Positions 24,498 through 40,918 of a stretch of 64,000 bases of DNA are shown in pieces. Where the stretch lies: positions 372,001 through 436,000 of the forward strand of contig CAJFCJ010000021.1 of the NCBI GenBank assembly GCA_904063045.1, in the 5' to 3' direction. Made by a program: the position numbers and the translations under genes. The stretch is from Dimorphilus gyrociliatus. Lineage: Eukaryota > Animalia > Annelida. The first letter of the stretch is position 1. Each line of letters begins with the position of its first letter. The notes under the pieces were generated by a model. The model saw only the letters and a list, made by a program, of their open reading frames with translations, was not told where the DNA came from and did not search any database.

Positions 24498-25066
24498 TCA
24501 TTGAAAATTATCAACTTCCTTCTTTTCGTAGACAATTGGTCGTTTTTCAAAATGAAGACCTTTCTTTTCGAAAACAACTGGTTTTTTTTCAAAATGTAAC
24601 AGCCTTTTTCCAAATTTCATTAATCGTTTTTCAGCTTCTATACCTGACTCTTCTCCGCCAACTTTAGTGGTTGGTTGATTTATCTGCTCCCATACTTTTG
24701 ATTTTAATCCGGTATACCAAAATACGCATCGGCAACATTCGACACAAGAAGATGCGCATTTAGTTTCGCAAGGATTCTTATAGAGTAGTTGGCAGCTACA
24801 TCCATCTGCTAGACGTAATCCACCAACAAATAAAAGAGCACCTAAATAAATAGATAAATGAAGAGATCTATAGCAAACAATGTTATAAAACTTTTCTATT
24901 TCAAGTTTCTTCAAAAGAACCTTGAAAGAAACAAAAATATGTTGATATACAATATATACAGTATATATATATTTAAATAATTGTATACTTAGAAAGAAAG
25001 AAAGATATAATAGGTTCAGTAAAAAGTTTTACTTAAGGAGAAAAATAAGATGCGAAGGCGGCTCAT
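24498..25066 (-). CDS. Secreted neuropeptide-like precursor (125 aa): Cys-rich module plus RFamide-like repeats; possibly a divergent CCRFamide-type precursor
   Basis: Exon 25066-25033 joins exon 24841-24498 in phase 1. Product: MSRLRILFFSLSALLFVGGLRLADG / CSCQLLYKNPCETKCASSCVECCRC...EAE-KR-LMKFG-KR-LLHFE-KK-PVVFE-KK-GLHFE-KR-PIVYE-KK-EVDNFQ*. It has a signal peptide, dibasic sites, a Gly amide donor and an upstream TATA box. Confidence 0.85.
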
Positions 25067-25105
25067 ACTCTCAAATTAATGACTATTCAGTGTAGTTGAT
25101 CCGGC

Positions 25106-25113
25106 TTTATATA
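25106..25113 (-). promoter_or_regulatory. TATA box of the neuropeptide-like gene
   Basis: TATATAAA on the minus strand, 40 nt upstream of ATG 25066, with an Inr-like TCATT near 25078-25082. Confidence 0.7.
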
Positions 25114-26180
25114 GCACTTAAGTTGATTGCGCCATATTGAAATTTTTATATGTAAAATACTGCACTTCATTTATTATTGATCAAATGGGAATAATCTACT
25201 GTTGCTTCTGTTAACTTACTAATATAGTTTCTTCTTTTAATAAGATTTCAACTGATAATGGATAAGCTCAAAGGAGTTTATAATTAGAATATTTTTTCTA
25301 AATTCTCATTAGCATATACAAATCTTCTTATTCTTTTTCGTTTTATTATTGAATTTTATCGTTTAATCGAATTATAAATTAATTTAACGAAAATTCAAAT
25401 AAATTTCTTCTTTAATGTTCTGTTTTTAAAGAATTATCTACATTTCTCTTTACAAATTTATCTATTCCTCCCTCTCTTTCATGTATATATATATATATAT
25501 ATAAAACTTTTAGTGTTATTTCTTTAAAGCTATACTGTTAAAAGTTAATCATTTTGTTTTTTCAACAATCGCCATTTTATTCTTCATTAATATTAGTATA
25601 CGTTAAAGGTTTGACATTAATTGGAGAGAATTAGGGGCATAAGATAATCTTAACAGTTTTGTTTTTCATATTGGTATTGTAGTAAAGTAACAAAAGATAC
25701 TAATAATGGCTTGATATAAATTACAATTTGTCGGGTTTAATATCACCTTACTACTTAAAGGAATTAACCTTTTAAGAGAATAAAACTAAACTATACTCAA
25801 GAGATTTTAATCTAGTCCTCTTTGATAAACCAAATCTATAAAAATTTGTTTGTTGTTTAATCAGGAAAATATGATAAGGCATCAAAACAAAATTATTATG
25901 TTGTGTGTTTTACTGAATAAATGTAGATAGGGAGGAGGAATGGGTTGGCACCAAATAAAAGAGAGGAATAGATAGATAGATAGTTTAATAAAGAAGGAGA
26001 TGGAGAGAAAAAGAAAATAGTTGTTTACAAAAGTAATCTTGTATCTGAGTGTTTTTTGTTTTTTTATCTTTCCAAAGTTTTTTAGAATACAATGACATTT
26101 TTGTTACTTTTACAAAAAAAAAAGAAAAAAATATATCCTAATTATTTTTAAACGGAATGTTTCTTTTTTTAATGAAATCT

Positions 26181-30614
<4,434 letters not shown>

Positions 30615-31817
30615 TTATTAAGAAAAGTCTTGTCCGAAATTGAAGTGTCAGCCGACTGGTGGAAGTTACTACACCGAAGAAAATAGTTCGACTTTCCTAT
30701 AACGATAAAAACAATTATTAAATTTTTACATTTCTCTCTACTATTTTTTTTGTTAAAACTAACAATTTTAACTTATATACAGTTAATGTGAATGATATTG
30801 TATTAATAAAATACAATCAATTTTATAAATACAAATTTTTAACGATATTAATGACGCATTTCCTGTTGGCGCTTGTATTTCGAAGGGTTCTTTATTTTAT
30901 AATATATATATATATATATATTATTTTCTATACATGTATTATAATTAACGATCGTAACAATGGATATATATATATATATATATAATTGATCCTTTGATGT
31001 AATTGGATAAAATTAATTTAAAATTTATAAAAGTTCAAAATCTCTTTAATATTTTATTATATTAAAAAGATTACAAATTAGTTAACTTGGGTTTAACTTA
31101 TCGTTAAAGCCTTTTGTATGAAAATTCTTTAATGTAAGATTGAGGTATATGAAGTTAAGATCAGTATAATTTCTATAAATCGCTAGAGGTTAGTAGTTCA
31201 CAATAGATCAAAGTTAATTTGAGGCGATGAGTAGAAGATTAAATTACTTTTTCGCTATCTGATTAAATTATTGAGGTAAGAGACGAAAGAGAATGTTTAA
31301 AGTAAAGCATCTATATCCTAAGATTCCTTTCAGAAAGCTTAAATCATAGACTTATAGATTTTAAATAAGAAAGAAACAAATATCAATTATGTTGTTAAAG
31401 TATTAGCTTTTTTCTCCCTCTCACCATCTCTGTCTCTTTCTCTCTATGTTCCTTAAATAAATATAAAATATTTACGGTGTTTTGCAGTTGATTTTCGAGG
31501 TTCTATACAGTATTTAGTATATTTAGAATTTTAATGTACTATATCATTTAACCATTCAAAAGATTGATCTAGTTGATTCCTTTAGTTTTTCAGTTCTACT
31601 ATAAAAGGTTTTGGTCTGTCTTTAACGTTATATACTTTTTTAATTATACATACAGCATCTAGTTCTTATGCTGAAGAAGTAAATTCGAAAAGAAGAATAA
31701 TTACTTGGCCTGAGTGTTTTGCCTTCAGATGTTGGTATCAGTAAAAACTGTTATAGATTGTTTCGCTATTATCTAAGCGGTTAAAATATTAGGACATTTG
31801 ACATTTTGCTGCTAAGA

Positions 31818-34140
31818 ATGGCTAATCATAGCTTAGATAATAGTTTATTAAAAGTCCCTATATCAACGGGATTTAGAAGACTTTTCTATATCGTAAAGCC
31901 CAGCGAGAGTTCATTCGCAAAGGAAGCTGAAGTTCCAAACTATGTAGACGAGGTAAACTAAACTGTGTCAAGAACTTTTAGATAGTAAACACCTGACTTT
32001 GTACTCTTTCTAAAAAACACTCAGGCTATTCCATTCTTTTTCACTCTAATCATTCTGGAGAATTGTCTCAATTGGTGGCATGGTAAGAAAACTTGGAGAA
32101 TAAACGATGCTGTCTCTTCTGTATCATCTGGAATGGTTAGCCAATTACCTCTGTAAGTTTTAAATTAAATAAGTTATAATTTTTAAATAATTTAGGTAAA
32201 GTTTTGTTGAATAATAAGATAGGATAAGAATGAGAAGAGAAAGAATAACAAATAAAGTAAACGATGATGAAATGATAACTAAAGAAAAAATTTATTTTCA
32301 AATAGATTGCTTAAATAGATAATAAGTTATTATAATTTATACTATCAATAATAGTACGGTCAGGTTAGAAATTAGGATACTACCTAAATTTAGCTAAATT
32401 AGGTCTATAATTTCCTGGATTTCCCAATTATGGAAATAGTATATTTAGCATTTAAATTGATGTATTATTCTCTATATTTGTATTCTTTTTATTCGTACCT
32501 TTTTAGTCTATTTGGAAGATCTATTGAAGTTGCGGCCTATTGCTATGTTTATCATAATTTTCGAATTAAAGAATTGGATTGGAATTGTGCAACAACTTGG
32601 TGGATTGCTGCCATAGTTGTTGATTGCGGTTATTACTGGTTTCATAGAGCTGCTCATGGTTAGTTTACTTATAATTATTTTCTTGGAATATATTTCCTAT
32701 TAGAATAATCCTTTATTATAGAAATCAATTTATTCTGGGCCGGCCATCAGGTACATCACAGCTCTCAAGATTATAACTTGGCTACAGCTCTAAGGCAATC
32801 TATTCTGCAAAGATACACTTCATGGATGTTTTACTTGCCTATGGCACTTTTTGTTCCGCCTCAGGTTTTCATGGTTCATATACAATTCAATCTTCTTTAT
32901 CAATTCTGGATTCATACTGAAGTAGGAATATATAACATATAATTTTAATATTTTACGATATTTACTTATAAAATAGCTAGTTGAAAACTTAGGACCACTT
33001 GAATATATTTTCAATACACCAAGTCATCATAGAGTTCATCACGGAAGAAATCCATATTGTATTGATAAAAATTATGCAGGAACTTTAATAATTTGGGATA
33101 GAATGTTTGGAACATTTCAACCGGAAACTGAACAAGTAGAATACGGTTTGGTTCATCCATTGCAAACATGGAATCCTATAGAAATACAAATTTGCCATTT
33201 GAAATGGATATGGCAAAGATTTAATGAAGAAAAAACCATTAGTGATAAATTATCAGCATTGTTTAAGGGACCAGGATGGCAAAGAGGAACACCACGATTA
33301 GGAAATCATGAAGATTTACCAGAAGTAAATATTATAAAGAGCATTATTTTATTGTTATTTTCGTATTATCTAGTAACTTAGTACTTTATCTTTAAGGTTG
33401 CATTTAGAAGCTTTAAAGATTAAATGATAAAAGTAGAAGAAAATTAATAACATTTTGATATGTTTTCTAGGAGTACTTTATCATAAAAGTAAATATGTTA
33501 TAAGAGAATTTCTTTTATCTTTTTCAGGTCGAATATCCAGTAAAATGTTATGATTCAAGTATATCACCGATGTATAGTATTTACATACTCGTTCATTTCC
33601 TCATTTTGAATATAACTTACACGGAAATGGTTCAATTTCGAGCTGTACGTTGTTATTTCTTGATTTCGTATATATATTAATGATAACATATTTATCTACA
33701 GGGGTTGACACCTGTTCAAGTAACACTGGCTATAGTATTTATCCTCTTTTCACTGACAACATTTGGCTGCCTTAACGATCGAAGGTTAGATAATAATAAT
33801 AATATTAATTTATATTTTTAAACTCTATCAAGACCTATTTTTAGATCATACGCTCCTTACTTAGAAACTGTAAGATTATTAGTTCTTCTAGGTTTATTCT
33901 TTCACTTTGATCCTGAAAATAATTTACCATCTAAGTATATTTTTTACTTCGTAAGTATACATAATCCTTTTTAATATTAATATTAATGTTCAAGATTATC
34001 ATGTTACTTAATCATTTATGTGTTTGCAGTTCGTTAAAGTCTTCTCTATGTTCAGCTGCTGTCTATTTTCACTTATTTCGTATCGTTATTTCAGTACTGG
34101 AATATACTTTGATGAGAAGCTTAAAGCTAAAACAGCTTAA
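31818..34140 (+). CDS. AGMO: Alkylglycerol monooxygenase
   Basis: Multi-exon gene. It reads FRRLFYIVKPSESSF..EVPNYVDE-AIPFF, YYWFHRAAHE, WAGHQVHHSSQDYNL.TALRQS, NLLYQFWIHTE (fatty-acid hydroxylase His motifs) and WDRMFGTFQPE, and ends KAKTA* at 34140. Confidence 0.93.
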
Positions 34141-34605
34141 GATCAAGTTTCCAAAACTTCAAAACCATTGTGTATTTTTATATTAAAAAACAACCATATA
34201 AAGTTCAAAATATTCAGTTTGAACACGATTATTTTTATATTATTTATTGAAAAATACAAAAAATTCCACATTAATATTAATTAAAGAAATACTTTTTAAT
34301 ATGTACATCTTTTATGGTCTCTATAATCTGTAATTACTATCTTAGATTGTTTGAAAGGAGGAAAATTTTGCTGTAAAAGATATATCTATTTGAAATGATA
34401 CGAAAACTTCTTTGTAAACTGTGAGAAAAGATTGAACAAAATCAATGATCACCCGGTCGAACAAATAGTAATTGATCCACAGCGACTGTGAGCGCCGTCT
34501 ATTTTTTGAATTTCCTTTGCTGATTCTCCAATAGCAACCAGGGAATATACAATTCTTTAAGAGATATAAACAAAAGTCCAACTTATTAGATTTAAGTGTT
34601 GAAAA

Positions 34606-36376
34606 ATGGCTAAAACTTTAGAAACTCATCCTTGTGTGGAAACACCTCCTGCGGGACTGAAAATTGCTCCGGGTTCTCTATCAGCTTCACATTTTACGGT
34701 ATGTCAAGATCCACAGACGATTCCAGAATCTATGGAATCAGTTTTTAAAAGGGACTATCCACCATGGCCGATTGACAGTCGTCCTTCAGCCGCTGATCGT
34801 TTACAACCAGCTAAATTATTCGGAGTTGATGATCGTCATTTTAATGCCAGAGCTAGCGAAACAACTCATGCTTATCCAGCCTATGATGCTTGTAAACCAC
34901 AATTAAGATCTGATAGGTTGAAGTTAGCTTCGACAAATTTCAAGATGGATGCCGATCGAGATAAGATACCAGCTGAAATAAGTACTCAAAAAGCCGATTA
35001 TACTCCTAAGGCTTGCGACAGAGCAAGAGCTAATCCTCAGGCGAATTTGTCAAGTATTCCCTTATATGGTTTACGGTCAGATGTCCCAATGTCTGATTAC
35101 AAGGATAGATATAGAAAATTCGAGGCTGACAAACCGGAAACAATTAGACCGGCAGAAGGAAAGCCAACAATATTAGGAGATCAAAGACAACATTCATATA
35201 CTACAACTCATAGAAAAGTTTTCGAACCAAAAACAGCTGAAAGATTACCCCCTCTACCGGCTCCCGTTGGCAGTAATATACCAGCAGGTATAATAGAATA
35301 TCCATCAGTATAAATACAATCAAAGTTTTAAGATGTAAGTCTTCGCTACTTTATCTTAAATAGGTGATCCAGAGAAAGTAGGAACTGGTCCAACCGTACA
35401 TCAAATGAGCTATGTCAAGCATGATCCCAGCCTCTTAAAAGGCTATAATAGATCAGCTGTTGCAGGTAAATTGCAACAAACTCATTTCGATCAGACAGAC
35501 GGTTCTGGTAGATACGATAACTACTCAACAACTTTCAAGGATAGCTACGTGCCTCTGGCTGCTCCTGAAAAGAATTGGAAGATGTCAAAACACAGGAACC
35601 ATAGCGACTTGCCACAGGGTGATCCCAAGCCCTTTATAGCTTGCACAACTCACAAAGTCGATTACATTCCTAATAGAGTTGACAAAGTTAATCTAGTAAA
35701 AGGAGCGGATAAGAGAACAGCTAGTAACGTAGAATTCGGTGATCCTGATCAAATGACGTCCTTTTATTCAACCACAATGCGAGATGAATTTACACCAAAA
35801 GAGGGTGCTAAGGGTTCTTGTGTAATGGATAATAGTAAAAGTTCTATTCCAATTAAGTTGTATGGTAATTTGACCTTATATTATCCTTCTCTTTCACTAG
35901 CTTCTTTTTCTTCCTTCCTTTACTCTCTCTCTCTCTCTCTCTAAATTAGATATTATATAAATCTCTTTTTTAATTTTAGATAATTCATTTGATGATGGTA
36001 CAACGTACAAAAATGATTTTATCGAAAAGAGACAAGATAAGCTCGTTCCAGATCCAGATGCCCTTGACAACGTAATAATTTATTTATACTTTACTAAACA
36101 TAAGCCTATGAAGTATAAAGATTTAATGAAATTTCTTTTTAACAGTTGAGAAAGACACACTTTGACGCTCCTTTAGCTAACACAAGAGAATTTAAGACAG
36201 AACATAGAGAAGCTTTCGTTCCATTCGCTGCAACTGATAATGTTGGCGTTGACCCAACAAAATTGCAGAGGAGTTCTGTTCCATTGGGAAGTCTTGGAAA
36301 AACTATAGTGCAAAAAGATAATACAACGTATTATTCGGATTATGTTAACCCAGTTAAAAACAAATTTCTGTGTTAA
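34606..36376 (+). CDS. Ciliary microtubule-inner-protein-like repeat protein (SAXO5/TEX45-like)
   Basis: Exons 34606-35287, 35364-35864, 35980-36071, 36146-36376 join in phase. Repeated Mn-motif-like units (S/T..K.DY.P, TTH..VF, STT..DSY) alternate with STNF/THF/SN[IV]P.GD segments. The N-terminal LSASHF..DP..MES.FKRDY resembles TEX45/SAXO5 from recall. Confidence 0.7.
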
Positions 36377-36594
36377 AAACAGTTAGTTCTCTATCGTTTT
36401 ACTTTTTATTAACTATTGGCTATTCAAATAAAACAATAAATGAATAAATGGTTACAAGTAAGTAGAAATAGAGAGAGAGAGAGTTTATTCTCAATCTTTT
36501 CAAACTCCAACAACAACAAACATAACCACAAAACTCGTTAATTTAACAACATTTAAGTATATTATCATTGTCCAGTTTATCCATAGGAACTATA

Positions 36595-37659
36595 TTACTC
36601 ATGATCTGATATTGTAGACGTAGTTGTACCTTCAGTCGTTTTTTGGGATTTAGTTCTCCATATATTCAAAAATTCGGAACGGAATTTAGTACCAGTTAAG
36701 CAATATATATAGAAATTTAAAGCGCTATTACTGGTCATTAGTGGCACCAGTAATCTTATGACTTTAGTTAATCTTATATCTGATTCTTTTTGTGATATAT
36801 ATGTATTATTAAAATAGAGAATAACGTTGAGAATATGAAATGGTAGTGATGAAATTATGTAATATAAAGATATGCCAAGTAATGTAATTGTCATTTGATT
36901 CAATTTCTTATTAGATTTATCATTTTTCATTGTTGTTACCTCTTTTCTTTTATTATTAGCTTTAACCAATGTCCATATCATTCCAATATTTATTGTCAAA
37001 AGAACGAATGATGGAATTAAGCAACCTCCATAAGCCATAAATTGTAACATGACTTTTTCATCGAGAAATCTAGCCGTTTTTGAAACTGCTTGACAAGAGT
37101 AGAACGACATCCATTTATTATATGGGTTTTTATAAGGTATAACTCTCCCCTTTCCATAAGTATAGTAATAATATATAAAGGTAAAAAATGTTATTAGAAT
37201 AATAAGGCAACAAGATATTTTCGCCTTGAATTTCGTACATATTGATTTGGCCTTTGTAGGCAAAAAGAAGTAAATACTTCTATCAACTGTCATTGCAACA
37301 ATTAACCAAGCACTTCCAAATACAGTAAAATAATAGAAATGTGCGTAGAATGCGCAATGTAAGATTTTCGAACTATTATCACTAATAGAAAAGAAACCAT
37401 AGTAGAAATCTAAAGTAACTATTGTACATTGAAAAGATAAGGTCACTGTATCAAATATTGCTAAATATCTCAAATAAATTGACATTGTTGTATGATTAAA
37501 TCCTTTTCTAGTATTGATAATAAAACTCATAATATTACCAAAAACACCAAAAACGAAAATTAAGACATACATTACTGTACCCGAAATTGCAATATACTTT
37601 ACATATGAAAATGATGGAATTTCACCAACAAAAGTTGTTATTGTTGAATTTTCCATCAT
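36595..37659 (-). CDS. Intronless class A orphan peptide-receptor-like GPCR, paralog 1 (354 aa)
   Basis: Seven TM segments, GVFGN, LAIFD, AWLIVAMTVDRS and NSALNFYIYCLTGTKFR. Confidence 0.9.
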   Translation of the reverse strand: MMENSTITTFVGEIPSFSYVKYIAISGTVMYVLIFVFGVFGNIMSFIINTRKGFNHTTMSIYLRYLAIFDTVTLSFQCTIVTLDFYYGFFSISDNSSKILHCAFYAHFYYFTVFGSAWLIVAMTVDRSIYFFLPTKAKSICTKFKAKISCCLIILITFFTFIYYYYTYGKGRVIPYKNPYNKWMSFYSCQAVSKTARFLDEKVMLQFMAYGGCLIPSFVLLTINIGMIWTLVKANNKRKEVTTMKNDKSNKKLNQMTITLLGISLYYIISSLPFHILNVILYFNNTYISQKESDIRLTKVIRLLVPLMTSNSALNFYIYCLTGTKFRSEFLNIWRTKSQKTTEGTTTSTISDHE

Positions 37660-38931
37660 TCCTTTCTTCTTTCAACTATTATGTATCGAAAAGTGAAATA
37701 TTCTCATAGATAATAGAAATTCTATTATATCTTATACATAAACTATTTATACAGGTTATTTTCCCCATTATTGAAGGGTGTGGGTATAATATTTATATAA
37801 TAATACGTTGTTAACCATTCTTTATCTTAATTATTATCTACTTTTGAAATTCATATAGTATTTCTAAGTTTTTAAATCTTTAGATACTTTATTCTTAAAG
37901 AAATAAATGATAAAGACTTCTCTTAAAATATTACACAGAAAAATGTCTTTAAAACCTTTTTTTCTCTTTTTTTAAATGATAAAAAATGAACTTAGATATA
38001 CAGATCAAACACAGAACTAATACACTCTTAAGATGAAAGTTCTACTATTTTCTTCTTATATATTTGCTATTCATTATTAGACTTACTAAACTCAGTCAAA
38101 CATTTTTAAGTTTTCCAACGTGGGAAAGAGAAAGAGAGACTTAAAAGACAAAAAATTGTATTCAAAATATAGTTAATTCTCATTAAAACTCTCTATTATT
38201 TCTAATGAAAATAACAACAGAATGACAATGTTAATTTGACAATATTTAATTATATCAACATTGCTTAGTAAATACACAATAAGAATTGAATGGTACAATC
38301 AGGTTTTTGCAATTTAGTTCTCCATTTATTCACAAATCAAAAACTTGGAATCAGTTAGGTAATTTATTACTTATTGTAACAGAGATTCATTTTAGAATAG
38401 AAGTCTACCAAAATCATAAGGGATGGGAACTTTCATCAGTTGAATTGGTAGTGTTGAATGTATATTGATCAATGTTTATATCATTCTAGAATTTACTATT
38501 AGAACAGTCAAGCAAACTTATATAGGTATTAATCTCCATCGAAACCTTAAAATCAAGAAATCTGGCAGCATTTGTAACTGTTTCACAAGTGTAGATAGAC
38601 ATTTAGTTATTAATAAGGTTTCTATAAAACTCGTAATATTTCTTCAAATTTAACTTTGATATTCCTATATATTAGTATATATATAAATTTATATATACAG
38701 ATATAATTATATATGAGAGATGCTACACATTCTTTATGTTAATTATAGTCTATGTTTAATATTTCCAAGTCTGTACATCCTTAGATATGTTACTCCTAGA
38801 GAAATAAATAGATAAATGAAAGAGAATTTACAAGACAATCTACTAGAAATTATCTTTAAAATATTCTACTTAATATATGTACGATATATAATTTATGATA
38901 CATTCTAAATTAGTCTTTGACATGAATTCAT

Positions 38932-40002
38932 TTAACTTGAAGTTTTAGATTGCGTAATACTTTCTTTTGTATTCGGTTTGTAACCCCATAGTTTTAAAAA
39001 TTCATTACGAAATTTTGTACCAGTTAGACAGTATATATAGAAATTTAATGCGCTGTTACTAAGCATAATCGGACCTAACAATCTTGCATATTTTATTGTT
39101 TTTATATCGGTTTCGTTTTGAGATACGAATGTACCATTAAAGTAAAATATAATATTAGAAATATGCCAGGGAGAAGAAGATATAATGTAATATAAAGATA
39201 TGCCAACTAAGGTTATGGTCATTTGGTTTAGTTTCTTCTCAGATTTATCATCATCCTTTTTGTTCGTTACCTCCTTTCTTTTTTGGCTAGCTTTCACCAG
39301 CGTTGATATCATTCCAATGTTAATTGCCAAAAGAATAAACGATGGAACTAAACAACCAGCATAGCCTATAAATTGTATCATAAACTTTGAATCGAGAAGT
39401 CTAGCTGTTCTATTAACGGCTTGACAAACATAGAACGACATCCACTTGCTGTAAGGATTTTTAAATGAGACTACTCTTCCTTTTCCATAAGTATAATAAT
39501 AATGAAAAAATCCTATAAAAGTAACCACTGCAATTGTTGTACAAATAACCTTTGACTTGAATCTGGTTGAAATGACTTTAGCCCTAGTTGGTAGAAAAAA
39601 GTAAATACTTCTATCAATTGTCATAGCAACAATTAACCAAGCGCTTGAAAATACGGTAAAGCAATAAAAATGGGAGTAAAATGAACAATTCAATATCCTA
39701 GAAGCCATATCAGGTAGCTCGTAAAAACCGTAGTAATAATCCAATTGAACTACTACTGTCTGAACTAATAATGCTATTGTATCGATAATTGCCAAAAATC
39801 TCATGTAAATTGACATTGTTGTATGATTAAATCCATTTCTTCTGTTTATAACAAAGCTCATAACATTGCCGAAAATACCAAAAATTACTATTATTGAATA
39901 CAGTATAGTAGTTGTAATTGTAATGTATTTGGAATAAGAGAATGATGGAATTTCCCCGGTATATGTCTTACTGGAGTTATCTGTTAAATTTGAGCGTTCC
40001 AT
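38932..40002 (-). CDS. Intronless class A orphan GPCR, paralog 2 (356 aa)
   Basis: Same architecture and long identical blocks with paralog 1 (GEIPSFSY.KYI, GFNHTTMSIY, GKGRV..KNPY.KWMSFY.CQAV). Confidence 0.9.
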   Translation of the reverse strand: MERSNLTDNSSKTYTGEIPSFSYSKYITITTTILYSIIVIFGIFGNVMSFVINRRNGFNHTTMSIYMRFLAIIDTIALLVQTVVVQLDYYYGFYELPDMASRILNCSFYSHFYCFTVFSSAWLIVAMTIDRSIYFFLPTRAKVISTRFKSKVICTTIAVVTFIGFFHYYYTYGKGRVVSFKNPYSKWMSFYVCQAVNRTARLLDSKFMIQFIGYAGCLVPSFILLAINIGMISTLVKASQKRKEVTNKKDDDKSEKKLNQMTITLVGISLYYIISSSPWHISNIIFYFNGTFVSQNETDIKTIKYARLLGPIMLSNSALNFYIYCLTGTKFRNEFLKLWGYKPNTKESITQSKTSS

Positions 40003-40071
40003 GATTATAGAAGTTTATTTGAAAGAAATTTTATAGGTAAAGTTTACTAGAGTGATAACTTTTTAATAGGT

Positions 40072-40105
<34 letters not shown>

Positions 40106-40918
40106 TAATTAGGGTGTTAATTATCTTCAAAAACGCTCACAAATCATTAATAAGTGCAAATCAATTGTCTATTTCTCTTTCATATATAACTTTATTCCTC
40201 TATCGTTGAATATATTGAATATTTAACTAATTTTGAACATCACTTACGTAATAATATATCTTCTTACCTACTAAGAATAAAGAGAGGCAATACTACTATT
40301 CAAGTTAATATTCATATTGTATGAATAAATTCAACTTTTCTGTTTTATTATTTAACTTTAATCAATTTTTTCTTCTCTTTTCATTTATAAAACTTCAAAT
40401 AAAAAAGTTATTGATAAATGAAACTAGAAACTAAACTTTTGATGATGAATTATTTAGGTACAAAAATAGAGTAAGTATGCTTGCTTAATCGTTTAAAATA
40501 TCTTATCCAAAAATCAGTTGCATTGTTGTTCTATCGCTATTTCTTACCTTTTTAATATTTAATAAATATAAATATAATTATGGTCTAGTTTTTAACCTTA
40601 AGAAAACATTAATTTTTCATTAATGAGTATAATAAGTATTTACTATATGTATACTTTGAATATATATAGTAGTTAAATGGATATATAGATAGAGTTACTC
40701 TTTATTTCTACCTAAAAAGAACAAGTTTAGTAAATAAACCTTTAAAATACGAGTACTGTAGTTAAAGATAATAAAAAAAACAAGAGCATAAAAGGAACAA
40801 ATAGGATATTGTATATTCAAGTAATTTATTTAAATATGATAATTAGCTTATTTATTATTCATAAAGAAGAACAAATAAATCAAGGGAAAGTTGAAATTAT
40901 TTCTAAAAGTTATTTCTA

